DNA of 64,000 nt from assembly GCA_037447605.1 (NCBI GenBank), contig CM074808.1, positions 2,108,001-2,172,000 on the forward strand. Reading direction: 5' to 3'. A model generated the notes under the pieces. It saw only the letters and a list, made by a program, of their open reading frames with translations. It was not told the DNA's origin and made no database searches. Positions 26,472-37,100 of the stretch are shown here, piece by piece. This DNA is from Zygnema circumcarinatum SAG 698-1b. Lineage: Eukaryota; Plantae; Zygnematophyceae. The position numbers and the translations under genes are program-made. Every line of letters begins with the position of its first letter. Within the stretch, counting starts at the first letter, position 1.

Positions 26472-29400
26472 TCAGAGAGGGCCAATCCCGACCAAGCGGC
26501 AGTTGGTCCATAGAATCTCACCGGTGACTGCTTTGGTTAACATGTCGGCAGCTTGCTCCAAAGTGCCGACAAAATGTACGGACACCCGCCTGGCCTCCAC
26601 CTGTTCACGGACGTAATGATATTGGATCTTGATGTGCTTGGATCGTTTGTGAAAGACAGGGTTCTCCACCAGCGCAATCGAAGATTTGTTGTCGGTTCGC
26701 AGCTTGATTTGATTCTGCGGCCTCCTGCATTCTTCGAAAAAGTTCTGTAACCAAATCGCCTCCTTGGTGGCGTGGCAGGCTGCGATATATTCAGCCTCTG
26801 TACTTGACAGCGCCACCGTATCTTGTAGTTTTGAGCTCCAGGTCAAAGATCCGCCGCAGTTAATGAACACGTATCCTGATGTTGATTTTGACGTATCAGG
26901 ATCTCCTCCCCAATCAGCGTCCGTGTAACCGTACACCCGGCTTCTTTGCCCCCTCTCAAATTTTATCCCGAATCCTGCTGTCCCTTTTACATACCGCAAG
27001 ATCCGTTTGACCGCCTCCCAGTGTTGTCGTCCTGGATTCTGCATGTACTTTGAGGCTGTACTAACTGCTTTGGCTAAGTCTGGCCTAGTACCTACCATCA
27101 AATACATGAGGCTACCGATGGCTGACCGGTATGGAATGTTGGTCATCGCCTTGGCCTCCGCCGCAGTCTGAGGCTCCATCTCCTTCGAGAGTCGTACACT
27201 GCAATCCATGGGGTTGGCAGTGGGGACACAATCTTGCATATGAAATTTTGCAAGAATATCCCGGGCATATTTCTCCTGACTCATAAATAGGCTTCCCTCG
27301 GCCCCCCTCTTAAGCTGAATCCCTAATAGGTACTCAGCTTCCCCGAGATCGGACATCTGGAAGTTTGTCTTCATAAGATCTTTGAGATCCTGAATGCTCG
27401 TCATGGATTGGCTTATGACAATCAAATCGTCCACGTATATGCCAACGTACACCATCTTGTCTCCTTCTCCCTTCCTGTAGACGGAGTGATCTGTTTCGAA
27501 TCTGGTAAATCCGTTAACTCGCAAAAGATTGTCGATTTTCTCGTACCAGATTCTGGGCGCCTGCTTGAGGCCGTACAAGCTCTTCACCAACCTGCACACA
27601 AGTTTTCCTTCGCCCTGCTTGACCGTCCCTTCAGGTTGGTCCATATAGATTTCCTCCTCTAGATCGCCGTACAGGAAAGCGGTCTTAATATCTAATTGGT
27701 GCACGTGCATGTCCTCAGAGGCTGCGATGGAGATTAGGGATCTGAGAGAGTTGAATTTGACAACTGGAGCAAAGGTCTCGGAGTAGTCTAGTCCGTACTG
27801 CTGACTGTACCCCTTTGCGACCAGTCTGGCTTTGTACCTATCAATGCTTCCGTCAGATTTCCTTTTGATTTTAAAGACCCATTTACATCCTATGGTCTTT
27901 CTGCCAGCGGGCAGCTGCTCCAGACGCCACGTGCCATTCTCGGACAGGCTATGTAACTCACTGTCAATAGCCGTACTCCACGCCGCTGCGTCCGTACTCT
28001 CCAAAGCGGCCCGCAGAGTTTGGGGCTCCGAATCGTTCACCATCAGAACAGCTGCCATGGCTGCAAAATCCGAGGAGTCGGTCGGAACGCGCGCGGTCTC
28101 TGACACTCCGCCAACGGACTGCTGCCAGGGTGTCCGTACGGAGTGCTCGTAGGGGTCCAAACGCACGGAGACCTGTCGCTGACGGGTTCCCCTGCGTGGT
28201 GAATCAATCCTGGATTCAGGGTCATCGGATTCTGATTGTACGGCGGGGGCGTCAGGGCGAAGCGGCTCTGGGCGTAATGGATTGAGAGGTACCGACTCCA
28301 TGCTCCTGGTTTCTGTTGCCACGGCAGCACTTGCTGCTGGGAAGGGACTTGCCAAGGCTCTCGACCGCACTTCTTCCTGCACTTCTTCCCCCTCTTCGTA
28401 GAAGAACCTCAACTCACTTGGACTCGGATTGGTGGTAGCGATGTCTGGCAGGTCATCGTGAGGTGAGTCTTCTGCGAAAGTGACATCCCGACTACTGTCA
28501 ACAACGTTTGTGACTGGGTTCCACACCCTATATGCCAAACTGTTAGGAGCATAGCCGAGAAAATAACCTGGATTTGAGCGAGCAGCAAATTTAGATTGTT
28601 GCCTCGCTTTGGGAACTGCCAGCCAGCATTTGGAGCCCCAGACGCGTAAATGCTTCACTGTGGGCTTCACACCACTCCATGCTTCCTCCGGGACTTTGCC
28701 GTGCAGCGCAGTCGTCGGGCACCTGTTTCGGATGTATGCTGCCGTACGAACTGCCTCACCCCAGAATGTGAGAGGAAAAGGAGATGCGCTGAGCATAGTC
28801 CTGGCCATATCTCCTAGAGTTCTGTTGATCCTTTCAGCTGCACCATTTTGTTGAGGAGTATACGGGGCTGAAAACTCATGCTGAATCCCAAGGGAGCGAA
28901 AATAATCTGTAAACTCACCAGACTTGTACTCCCCTCCATTATCAGAGCGCAATATTTTGAGTTGAAGGCCAGTCTCCCTTTCAACCTGTAAATGCCACTC
29001 TTTAAAGGCGCCAAATGCTTCTGATTTCTGTGCTAAAAGTTTGACCCAAACTTTCCTGGAAAAATCATCTAAGAAAGTAATGAAGTACCTGGCTCCACCT
29101 GCACTGCCTGGAGTGATTGGGCCGCAAAGGTCAGAGTGAACAAGTTGAAGACGTTCTTGAGCACGGTTCTCCTCAGGTCGTTGCTTGCTAAAAGAATGAC
29201 GGTGAGCTTTGCCAGCTTCGCAGTCTGGGCAGACATCTTGATCTTCAATGTGCAGTTGTGGCCCTAATCCTCGAACCAAACCTTTTACCGCAAGGGTCTT
29301 CAAACTGGGAAAGCCTAAGTGACCCAGCCTGCGATGCCAGAGCTTGGCAGTAGAATTCTCAGTCACTGCACACACCTGTTCAAATTTCGCCTTCTTCCAG

Positions 29401-30731
29401 TCGAGAAAGTAGAGGCCGTTTCTCTCGGTGCCCTTGCACAAAGTCTGCCCGGTGGACTTCCGAACCACCTCACAAGCATCCCCATCAAACCAAGTTCTAT
29501 ATCCCTGTTTCCCCAACTGGCTGACTGAAATGAAATTATTCTGCAACCCAGGAGTGTGCAGGACATTTCCAATGGAGAGAACGGTTTTCTTGCTGACTCC
29601 AATCGCTTCCAACTTGACGAGTCCGCCTTGAGTCACTTGAAATTTATCACCCGTGGCAGCATAGACCGAACGAGAAGTTTCCAACTGGTGTAGCTCTGCA
29701 AACATGTGAGCCTCGGCACACATGTGCTTTGTTGCTCCAGAATCGATGAGCCATGGATTGCTGGGAGGATCCTCATCCTGAAACTGACCAACAAAAGCAT
29801 CCTGTCCATCATCCGCGAGCAGCAGATTAGTTTCCTGCGATTTCGGGCAGTTTACCGCTTTATGACCTTTTTCCTTGCAAGTGTAGCATGCGCCGTTAAA
29901 TCCAGTTTTCCTCGGCTCAGCGCCCGGCTCGTTCATCTTCCCTTTGCTGCGACAGTCCGGTGACAGATGTCCTGGCTTTCCACAAGTGAAGCACCTTGGC
30001 GGCTGCCGGCCTGAATTTCGATCCTCCTTGTCTCTTGACACATTGTGAAATGCTAGCACATTGTCAGAATGGCCCTTTCCCTTTTTCTGCTGACGATTGT
30101 CTTCATCTTGGATTCTTCCCTTGACCTGGTCTATGTTCATTTTAGTACAGTTTAGAGTAGTTCTAAGTGAAGCAACAACCAGATTGAACCTCGTGGGCAG
30201 TCCCTCCAAAAACACATCTATTTTATGATCTGAAGGTAAGGGCTGTCCGACTGCTACAAATCTGCTTATCAGGCTATTAAACTTAACCATATAGCTGACA
30301 AGAGTTTCATCATCTTTCATTTTTAAGCTTGCAAGGTCTGAATAAAGACTGACACTAGTACCTTCGTCTGAAATGTGATAAACATCATACAGGCTTTTCC
30401 ACATATCGGAAGCAATAGGAAGGTCAATTAGTAACCCCGCTGGTACAGTACCTACATTCATTGCAATATAACCAGCGACTGTCTCATTCATGTCGTTCCA
30501 CTTTTCGTATTCTGCTACCTTTGTGATCGGTGGAGCCTTGATGGTTCCATCGACGTACTTCATGAGTTTCTTCGATTTCAAGAAGTACGTCATACGCCAC
30601 TTCCAGGTTTTGTAATCTGTGCCATCGAAGATGGGCACTCTGTACTTCACAGCCTCGTCACCGTGTGCTCTGATACCACTGTCAGAGTTAGTTCCCCCTT
30701 CGGATGTGCCCTCACCCACAGCGGAAGACAT
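26472..30731 (-). CDS. Copia gag-pol polyprotein (1419 aa from the first ATG)
   Basis: FDGTDYKTWKWRM gag start; two CCHC knuckles (CFTCGKPGHLSPDC, CYTCKEKGHKAVNC); protease WLIDSGATKHM; LWHRRLGH; integrase HSDLCGP / LRSDNGGEY / QQNGAAER; RT YKARLVAKG / LDIKTAFLYG / YVDDL; RNase H YTDADWG / TEAEY / DNKSSI. Domain order is the copia PR-IN-RT-RH order. Confidence 0.97.
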   Translation of the reverse strand: MSSAVGEGTSEGGTNSDSGIRAHGDEAVKYRVPIFDGTDYKTWKWRMTYFLKSKKLMKYVDGTIKAPPITKVAEYEKWNDMNETVAGYIAMNVGTVPAGLLIDLPIASDMWKSLYDVYHISDEGTSVSLYSDLASLKMKDDETLVSYMVKFNSLISRFVAVGQPLPSDHKIDVFLEGLPTRFNLVVASLRTTLNCTKMNIDQVKGRIQDEDNRQQKKGKGHSDNVLAFHNVSRDKEDRNSGRQPPRCFTCGKPGHLSPDCRSKGKMNEPGAEPRKTGFNGACYTCKEKGHKAVNCPKSQETNLLLADDGQDAFVGQFQDEDPPSNPWLIDSGATKHMCAEAHMFAELHQLETSRSVYAATGDKFQVTQGGLVKLEAIGVSKKTVLSIGNVLHTPGLQNNFISVSQLGKQGYRTWFDGDACEVVRKSTGQTLCKGTERNGLYFLDWKKAKFEQVCAVTENSTAKLWHRRLGHLGFPSLKTLAVKGLVRGLGPQLHIEDQDVCPDCEAGKAHRHSFSKQRPEENRAQERLQLVHSDLCGPITPGSAGGARYFITFLDDFSRKVWVKLLAQKSEAFGAFKEWHLQVERETGLQLKILRSDNGGEYKSGEFTDYFRSLGIQHEFSAPYTPQQNGAAERINRTLGDMARTMLSASPFPLTFWGEAVRTAAYIRNRCPTTALHGKVPEEAWSGVKPTVKHLRVWGSKCWLAVPKARQQSKFAARSNPGYFLGYAPNSLAYRVWNPVTNVVDSSRDVTFAEDSPHDDLPDIATTNPSPSELRFFYEEGEEVQEEVRSRALASPFPAASAAVATETRSMESVPLNPLRPEPLRPDAPAVQSESDDPESRIDSPRRGTRQRQVSVRLDPYEHSVRTPWQQSVGGVSETARVPTDSSDFAAMAAVLMVNDSEPQTLRAALESTDAAAWSTAIDSELHSLSENGTWRLEQLPAGRKTIGCKWVFKIKRKSDGSIDRYKARLVAKGYSQQYGLDYSETFAPVVKFNSLRSLISIAASEDMHVHQLDIKTAFLYGDLEEEIYMDQPEGTVKQGEGKLVCRLVKSLYGLKQAPRIWYEKIDNLLRVNGFTRFETDHSVYRKGEGDKMVYVGIYVDDLIVISQSMTSIQDLKDLMKTNFQMSDLGEAEYLLGIQLKRGAEGSLFMSQEKYARDILAKFHMQDCVPTANPMDCSVRLSKEMEPQTAAEAKAMTNIPYRSAIGSLMYLMVGTRPDLAKAVSTASKYMQNPGRQHWEAVKRILRYVKGTAGFGIKFERGQRSRVYGYTDADWGGDPDTSKSTSGYVFINCGGSLTWSSKLQDTVALSSTEAEYIAACHATKEAIWLQNFFEECRRPQNQIKLRTDNKSSIALVENPVFHKRSKHIKIQYHYVREQVEARRVSVHFVGTLEQAADMLTKAVTGEILWTNCRLVGIGPL
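30667..30678 (-). other. Primer-binding site for initiator Met tRNA
   Basis: TGGTATCAGAGC on the minus strand, 1 nt after the end of the 5-prime LTR. Confidence 0.95.
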
Positions 30732-31401
30732 TACAGACTGAGAGAACACACAAGGGAAACACGCTGAAAAATATGGAGAAAGCTCTCAGGCCTAAAACTC
30801 CATTAAATAAAAGGCAGGATGATTACATAGAGTATATTCAGCACTAAGCCTAGCACTACTCTTTAAACACCCCCCCCCTTCTCTCGGTTCAACACACAGT
30901 CTCTAAACAGCCTACACAAGGCCTGTCAGACACTGTAAACTACAGAGAGTAATTCTAAGCTAAGCACTAAGCACTATAAATGCCTAAGCACTGAAGGGAG
31001 CCGCAGCTCCTCATTCGGCCGCACTCCCACCGCTCCAATAAGCCTCCATGTCTGCCGCGCCTTGCTCGCTTCGACGCCCGCCCTGGCTCCCGCCCTGGAT
31101 CCCGCCCTGGCTCCCGCCCTGGCCACCGTATTGTGCTAGCTGGCTGCCCGGCAGGCCATGTCCTCCGCCCAATGAGCCTGGGAGCTCGCCATTCCTGCGC
31201 TGCCTCCTTGCAATTCCTGTAACCCTAATTGCCAAGTGACGGCCCCCGATTGGCTGCCCCCTTCGGCCTAGCCAACCGGTGGTATACCGCACCACCCGCC
31301 ATACAATAAGCGTTCAGTACTATTGTCCGTACATCCGTACAGTTCGTATACTTCGTCCAAATCCCACAACTCTCAGCTGTACGGCTATCCGTACGCTGAC
31401 A
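30680..31401 (-). repeat. 5-prime LTR (722 bp)
   Basis: Direct repeat of 25722-26445, adjacent to the PBS. Confidence 0.97.
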
Positions 31402-32550
31402 CCTCCTCCTCCTCCTTTACGCCCGGCCTCCGGTCATGGCGGTGGCAGCCGTGGCCATGGCCATGGCGTCCGTGGACCTTCAGCTGCACGGCGTGGCAGC
31501 CATGGCGGGAATATTCCACGTGGCGGCCCCTCCAGCCGCCCCTGCGGTCCAGAGACGGAGTGGACAGCGCGGCGGGGCCTGGCGACGTTGCTATGGCGGA
31601 CTCCATTACGGGCTGCTCTTGAACTGCAATGACGAATGTGCGGATTCTCAAAGTACCCTCGACGGTACTCGACGAGTTGGCTACTCGATATTGAGAAACA
31701 TTGAAGCATTCCGCCAATTTTATATGCAGCGGTGAAAGGAAATAACGCGGTTTGGTAGCGCGTTACTTCCACGTCACTCAGAATCCATTGAAAAATAAAC
31801 GTGCACGCGAAGAAACCGGCGAATCAACGATGAAATTCTCAAACGCGTCTTTTGCCGGATAATCCGCTCGTCGTTGCGTGCGGGACACGTCCGAAGTGGA
31901 AGGCTGTTGGGAAATAACGCGTAAGCGAAGTCTTTGCTGGCAGCTGGACACGTGTGTCCAATTATGTGCCACGTCACGCGTACGGATGCGACGGATACAG
32001 CGCACGCGAACAAGACCTTCCCATGCTGGAACCACGTCACCATGACGTCACCAGATCGCCCGCCCGCCGATCGGCGCAAGTGGCCGCTCCGAGGATTGGC
32101 CGACTGTTGGCAACCAATGATTGGCCAACGAGACCATTGGCAACCAATGGTTGGCAACCGTTCCCGACGTTTAACAAGCCAGACGAAGAAGAATGCAGTG
32201 GTTCGAACCATTGGCAGACAACAGTTGGCAATCTTTCCGATGGTTGGCGTTGACACAATGGCCCGACCTTCGTAATGGTGTTGCACAGGTCCGACCAGCC
32301 AACCATTGGCAAGAACCAACCATTGCCAACGGACTCGTTGCACGGTGCAGCGCCGTCCACACGGTCCGCGAACAAATTGGAGGTGCTTTGAGACATCGGA
32401 CGGCTGGGCCTCAACTTCTCGTTTGTTGGACACATGAATGTCAATAGTCAAGGAAAAGATCCAAGTCATCCCACCGTGAAGCCTTTCACAGTTCGGACCA
32501 GTGGATCGGCAACCATTGGACAACCATTGGATGGCAATGGTTGGACGTCT

Positions 32551-32860
32551 ACTGGTTGGCAACCAGTCGACTGGTTGCCAACCAGTGGCATCCACTGGTT
32601 CCAAACCAGTCGAATGGTTGTTTCGATCTGGCGGCACTGGTTGGCAACCAGTCGAATGGTTGCCTACCAGTGGATCCACTGGTTGGCAACCAGTCGACTG
32701 GTTTGGAACCAGTGGATGCCACTGGTTGGCAACCAGTCGAATGGTTGTTTCGATCCGCAACCACTGGTTGGCAACCAGTCGAATGGTTGTTTCGATCTGG
32801 CGGCACTGGTTGGCAACCAGTCGAATGGTTATATCCATTAAATCAAATGGTTGGCAACCA
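32551..32860. repeat. Palindromic minisatellite array 1 (ACTGGTT-NNN-AACCAGT hairpins with CGA, GGCATCC and CGAATGGTTGTTTCG linkers)
   Basis: Directly visible modular repetition. All the overlapping 60-350 aa ORFs here are repeat-derived. Confidence 0.93.
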
Positions 32861-33093
32861 TTAAATCACTAGTTGTAGCGAACTGAACGCTACAGTTACC
32901 AAAATGCCGTCGGCGTTTCGGAGAAAACTATTACGGTTCGGCCGTACAGAATTCCCGTACAACCGTACGACTCATCTGTACGGATCCGTACAGATCTGTA
33001 CGCATCAGGCTTGTTACACTAGTTGTCAACGGTTGGCAACCCACCAAAAACACATACGACCCATTTTTGCAAAAAGGCATAATTTCAGAAATT

Positions 33094-33690
33094 CAATGGT
33101 TGCCAACCATTGGATCACTGGTTCCGAACCAGTCGAATGGTTGTTTCAGTCCTGCGCCACTGGTTCGCAACCAGTCGACTGGTTTCCAACCAGTGGCATC
33201 CACTGGTTCCAAACCAGTCGAATGGTTGTTTCAGTCCTGCGCCACTGGTTCGCAACCAGTCGACTGGTTGCCAACCAGTGGCATCCACTGGTTCCAAACC
33301 AGTCGAATGGTTGTTTCGGTCTGAGCCACTGGTTGGCAACCAGTCGAATGGTTGTTTCGGTCGCAACCACTGGTTGCCAACCAGTCGAATGGTTGTTTCG
33401 GTCGCAACCACTGGTTGCCAACCAGTCGACTGGTTTCCAACCAGTGGCATCCACTGGTTCCAAACCAGTCGAATGGTTGTTTCGATCCGGCGGCACTGGT
33501 TGGCAACCAGTCGAATGGTTGCCAACCAGTGGCATCCACTGGTTCCAAACCAGTCGAATGGTTGTTTCGGTCCTGAGCCACTGGTTGGCAACCAGTCGAA
33601 TGGTTGTTTCGGTCCGCAACCACTGGTTGCCAACCAGTCGAATGGTTGTTTCGGTCCGCAACCACTGGTTGCCAACCAGTCGACTGGTTT
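33094..33690. repeat. Palindromic minisatellite array 2 (same modules as array 1, same orientation of the asymmetric linker)
   Basis: Repeated ccactggtt-NNN-aaccagtcgaatggttgtttc units with loops ggc/gcc/cca/tcc/cgc/ccg. Confidence 0.93.
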
Positions 33691-34193
33691 GTCTAATGGT
33701 CCGATCTGTGAAGCCTTTACGGCTTTCTTAATATCCAAGGCCAGTGCAATGCAGCTTTAATCAAGCAACCGGGGGCGGGTTGCTCAGACATCCCTTTGAC
33801 AAATTCACCAGCAGGGCGAGGGACTATGGTAGTTGTGAAAATTATGAATACTGATACCAAGGTAGAGAAAATGCCGCGATTATCACTACATGTTATGCGA
33901 CTCTGCAGTTTGCGTTTTGACCATTTCTCGGCGGGGCGGCCCATTTCTTGTCTCGCAGCACGGCCAATGCGGCCCTGAAGATTTCGTGTGGTCCACCAGA
34001 AGATGGCAGCGCTCTCACAAACCCCTCCAGATTTAAACCCATTCGGCATTCAACGTTGTGGGTGCAAATCATTCGGATGGTACAAAATTGGATAATCCTT
34101 TGCATGCTTCCCTTTGGCAGATAGCCTCGTAGCGAAGAGACTGCGTGTTGGTCCCATTTCACCGTTCATGCAAATCCGGACTGACATTTGACT

Positions 34194-37100
34194 CTATAGA
34201 AGCGGACTCGATGAAGAAGCAGCGTTGTTGATCTGCTGACTCGTCGGCTCTTCAGAGGCCGCCAGGTTGAAGTCACACACAAGCTGCAAGTGATCCGATG
34301 GAAACTCCTCCGAGGGTAATCCGTTAGGGCCAATCCTCTCCTGGGACGGCAGCGGCTGTCTCCTGAGAAGGCGAACTCCGGAGCGACCGCTGCTCCACCA
34401 AATGTAGTCACCGGTATACCGCCTCTCTCCTTGGGGCCTGCACAGAGCATACGCAGAGTTTTTTCTGCAAAAAATGCTTGCACAGATCCACCGGGCAAGC
34501 AATGGTGGAAAGAAGGAGCAGCAGCAGGAACAGGAACGGGACGAGGGAGAGAAGAGAGGGGAAGGGAAAGGAGGGGGGAGGGAGAGACCAGAGTCCGCAT
34601 TTCATCTATCATGCCGAGTGCAGAGCTAACAGAACAAACTGAAACCTCAAGTATCGTCTGTGATCATATTCACAAGCAGTGCATAGGGGCGGCAATACCG
34701 TAAGACAACAGGCGACATCCGTAACAACAACATCCATTCAGGCATTCAAGCTTGTCAAGACTTTAAGGTGACAAATCTCTTTAGGAATCTGTTGCCCAAC
34801 TCAGAAACCATAGTGCAATCAAGAATCCTTCCCAAGATGATAAAATAAGCGTTCAACACGAAGACCCATCTTTCTATGGACATGATAACACGACAAAAAA
34901 CTCACCGGAACTTCCATGATGTGAACGGAGGCTCCTTCTCTGCCATCCCATCATGCGTATCGGCACAAATCTCCTCCATCACGCAAGGGCTGCCTCCTTC
35001 TCGAGATTTCTCCCAATAGCAAGACTGCGCTGCATATGCACTGCGCAGGCCGAGAGGATGGCGGTGAAGAAGTTTCCACACCTCTTGATTTGGCTCCGAG
35101 TTCAAATCACCACAGAGGATTATGGGAACGGATGCATCTCCGCTCATTTCTGTAAGGCGCTGGAAGCCAACCCCTGTGCTTAATACTGGCAGGCATGTTT
35201 CCAACTCTCCAAAGTCAACAGAAAAAAAGCAAGCAAAGTCCTTCTGTGCAACAAGGGCCTGGACGCAATTCACAATGTATTCGAACGTGAAAATGTGGGG
35301 ACGAAAGTGTACCGATTTCTATACCACACACTTAATAATTTCAGCAGAAAATGCATAATCACTCGTCTCCTAGGTTTTAACAACACCGCATGTTCGACCA
35401 TTGACCAGCAGAGAAGGCAGTCTCCTGGACACTTTGCTTGAAGCACTTGCTACAAACCTGTGCACTTGAACTCGAGGTTTCTTGCATCATGCTATTTTAC
35501 GCACATTGACTGGAAAACCCTCTTGGCTTTCCTATAGAAGCAGCTTAACCTAATGAAACAGCCAAATTGCTTAACTGGCAGAACGAAACACACCTGCAGC
35601 AGCTGCACAGTTTGCAAACTCCGAATGGCCGCATTTAGAGTGCCACCCTTGGCCTGCATTTATTCATTTTTTTCAGACAATAGTACATTGACTACACTGC
35701 CAAGAGCATAAAATCTGACGCAGAGTGAAGAATGCGATGCCTTCGAAGTTTTGCCTATTTCAAAAGGGACAGCAAATCACCCAACAACGTCCTTTCAAAT
35801 AAAATGTAGATGAAGGCACTGCCCACCTTGAGATGTGTGGTGGCAACAAGCAGCTCCTTCTCCGACGTTGCCTCTCGGAATTTACAAATTATGGCCCCCT
35901 GAAAATTCTTCATGCGAGAACAATGAAAGTCCAATTCCTCGAAAAAGCTGAAAGCACTCGATACTTCCCTTTAGTAAGAAGAGCAGCTTGTTTACACCAC
36001 ATTCATCATTACTAGAGATATTCTGGATTGCGTTTGATGGCTACTTGGTCGACTCCAGTAGGAATAAAGGTTTGAATATCCAGTCGAGGTGACACAGCCA
36101 ATGGTTTGTACCTGGCTCATATGGCTTCCATCTTCCTCCTCGTATACAAACGACTCTGAGCCTGCAGAAGTCAAACAGTCTGTTATGTGTTCTGTAATCC
36201 ATATGGCTGCTGAAATTCATCTTCACCAGACCTGCTATAGCCTTCCCTATGACGTCTACTTTGTCCGAGCATACTCCATCTCTGCAAACTTCGCCGTAAC
36301 AAATATTATCCACAGGTTCCTGCATGCCTCTCAGCTTTTCTCGCAATTCCAGAACAGTCATGGAGAGCCCCCGCCAAAGCCTGATAGATGACGTTTCAGT
36401 CAGATAAAAGAAACCTCACCCATTCTGCATGCTAGGGAAGGGCTACACTAGTGCAGCTGGCACTGCCTGCAGGAAAGAACCTCGCATGGATCACTTGCAG
36501 CAGAGTTAGGTTGAAACAACTACGAATCAACCGAAATCCTAAAACTCTATTGCAGTTACTGTACCGATGAGCTGGAGACGAACCGTGTTGTAGAAGATGG
36601 CACATCCGTCGGCGGGGCAGCCAAAACGCTGCAGTTGCCAAAGCTTTGGCAAAAAAATGTTACATGTGTACGAATAGCGAAAAAGGAAGGGGACAAACCA
36701 AAATTGAAGAAGACGCAGCCTTCATCCTAAGCAAAGATAGTTTGACCATAACCCACGAGCTTCTCTAGCACCATAAAAACTTCTGGCTTTGCGATTCCAA
36801 TCACCGTGGAGCAGCCAGCATGATATGCTCCGAGCATTAGAAGAAAATGTAAAAGATAAAATGTTGTGGCACACCCTTGTCCTTAACCTTAACAAAAGAT
36901 AGCTCACGAGTCAATGTGGTGAGAAGGGACACCTGTGCTGGAGAACATTTCTTTGGGTGAAAAAGGCCACTATATCCTCGCTGCTGAAGCTCAGGAAAGA
37001 AGAAGTCATCTGCCACCAACCCGTCCTCCCCGTGCTCACGCAATATGAGTTGAAGATAGTATTTCGTGTTCAAAGAGTCGTCCTACATGAATTTCAGAAG

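Larger units (their letters stand above)
25722..31401 (-). mobile_element. Full-length Ty1/copia LTR retrotransposon, 5680 bp
   Basis: Two near-identical LTRs with TGTCAG...CTGACA ends, 5-bp TSD CCTCC (25717-25721 and 31402-31406), PBS, PPT and a single intact gag-pol ORF. Confidence 0.98.
32474..33722. mobile_element. Putative non-autonomous element: imperfect 26-27 bp terminal inverted repeats enclosing two arrays of palindromic units and a unique core
   Basis: ccgtgaagcctttcacagttcggacca (32474-32500) versus the reverse complement of 33697-33722 (ccgtaaaggcttcacagatcggacca). No TSD seen and no coding similarity recognised. Confidence 0.5.

Noticed and set aside
32551-33690. CRISPR-like array of palindromic repeats
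   Set aside because: The intervening sequences are short (3-25 bp) and recur rather than being unique spacers. There are no cas genes and the context is eukaryotic.
31774-33760. Many 60-354 aa ORFs on both strands
   Set aside because: They are translations of the palindromic array in all frames, with no domain signature.
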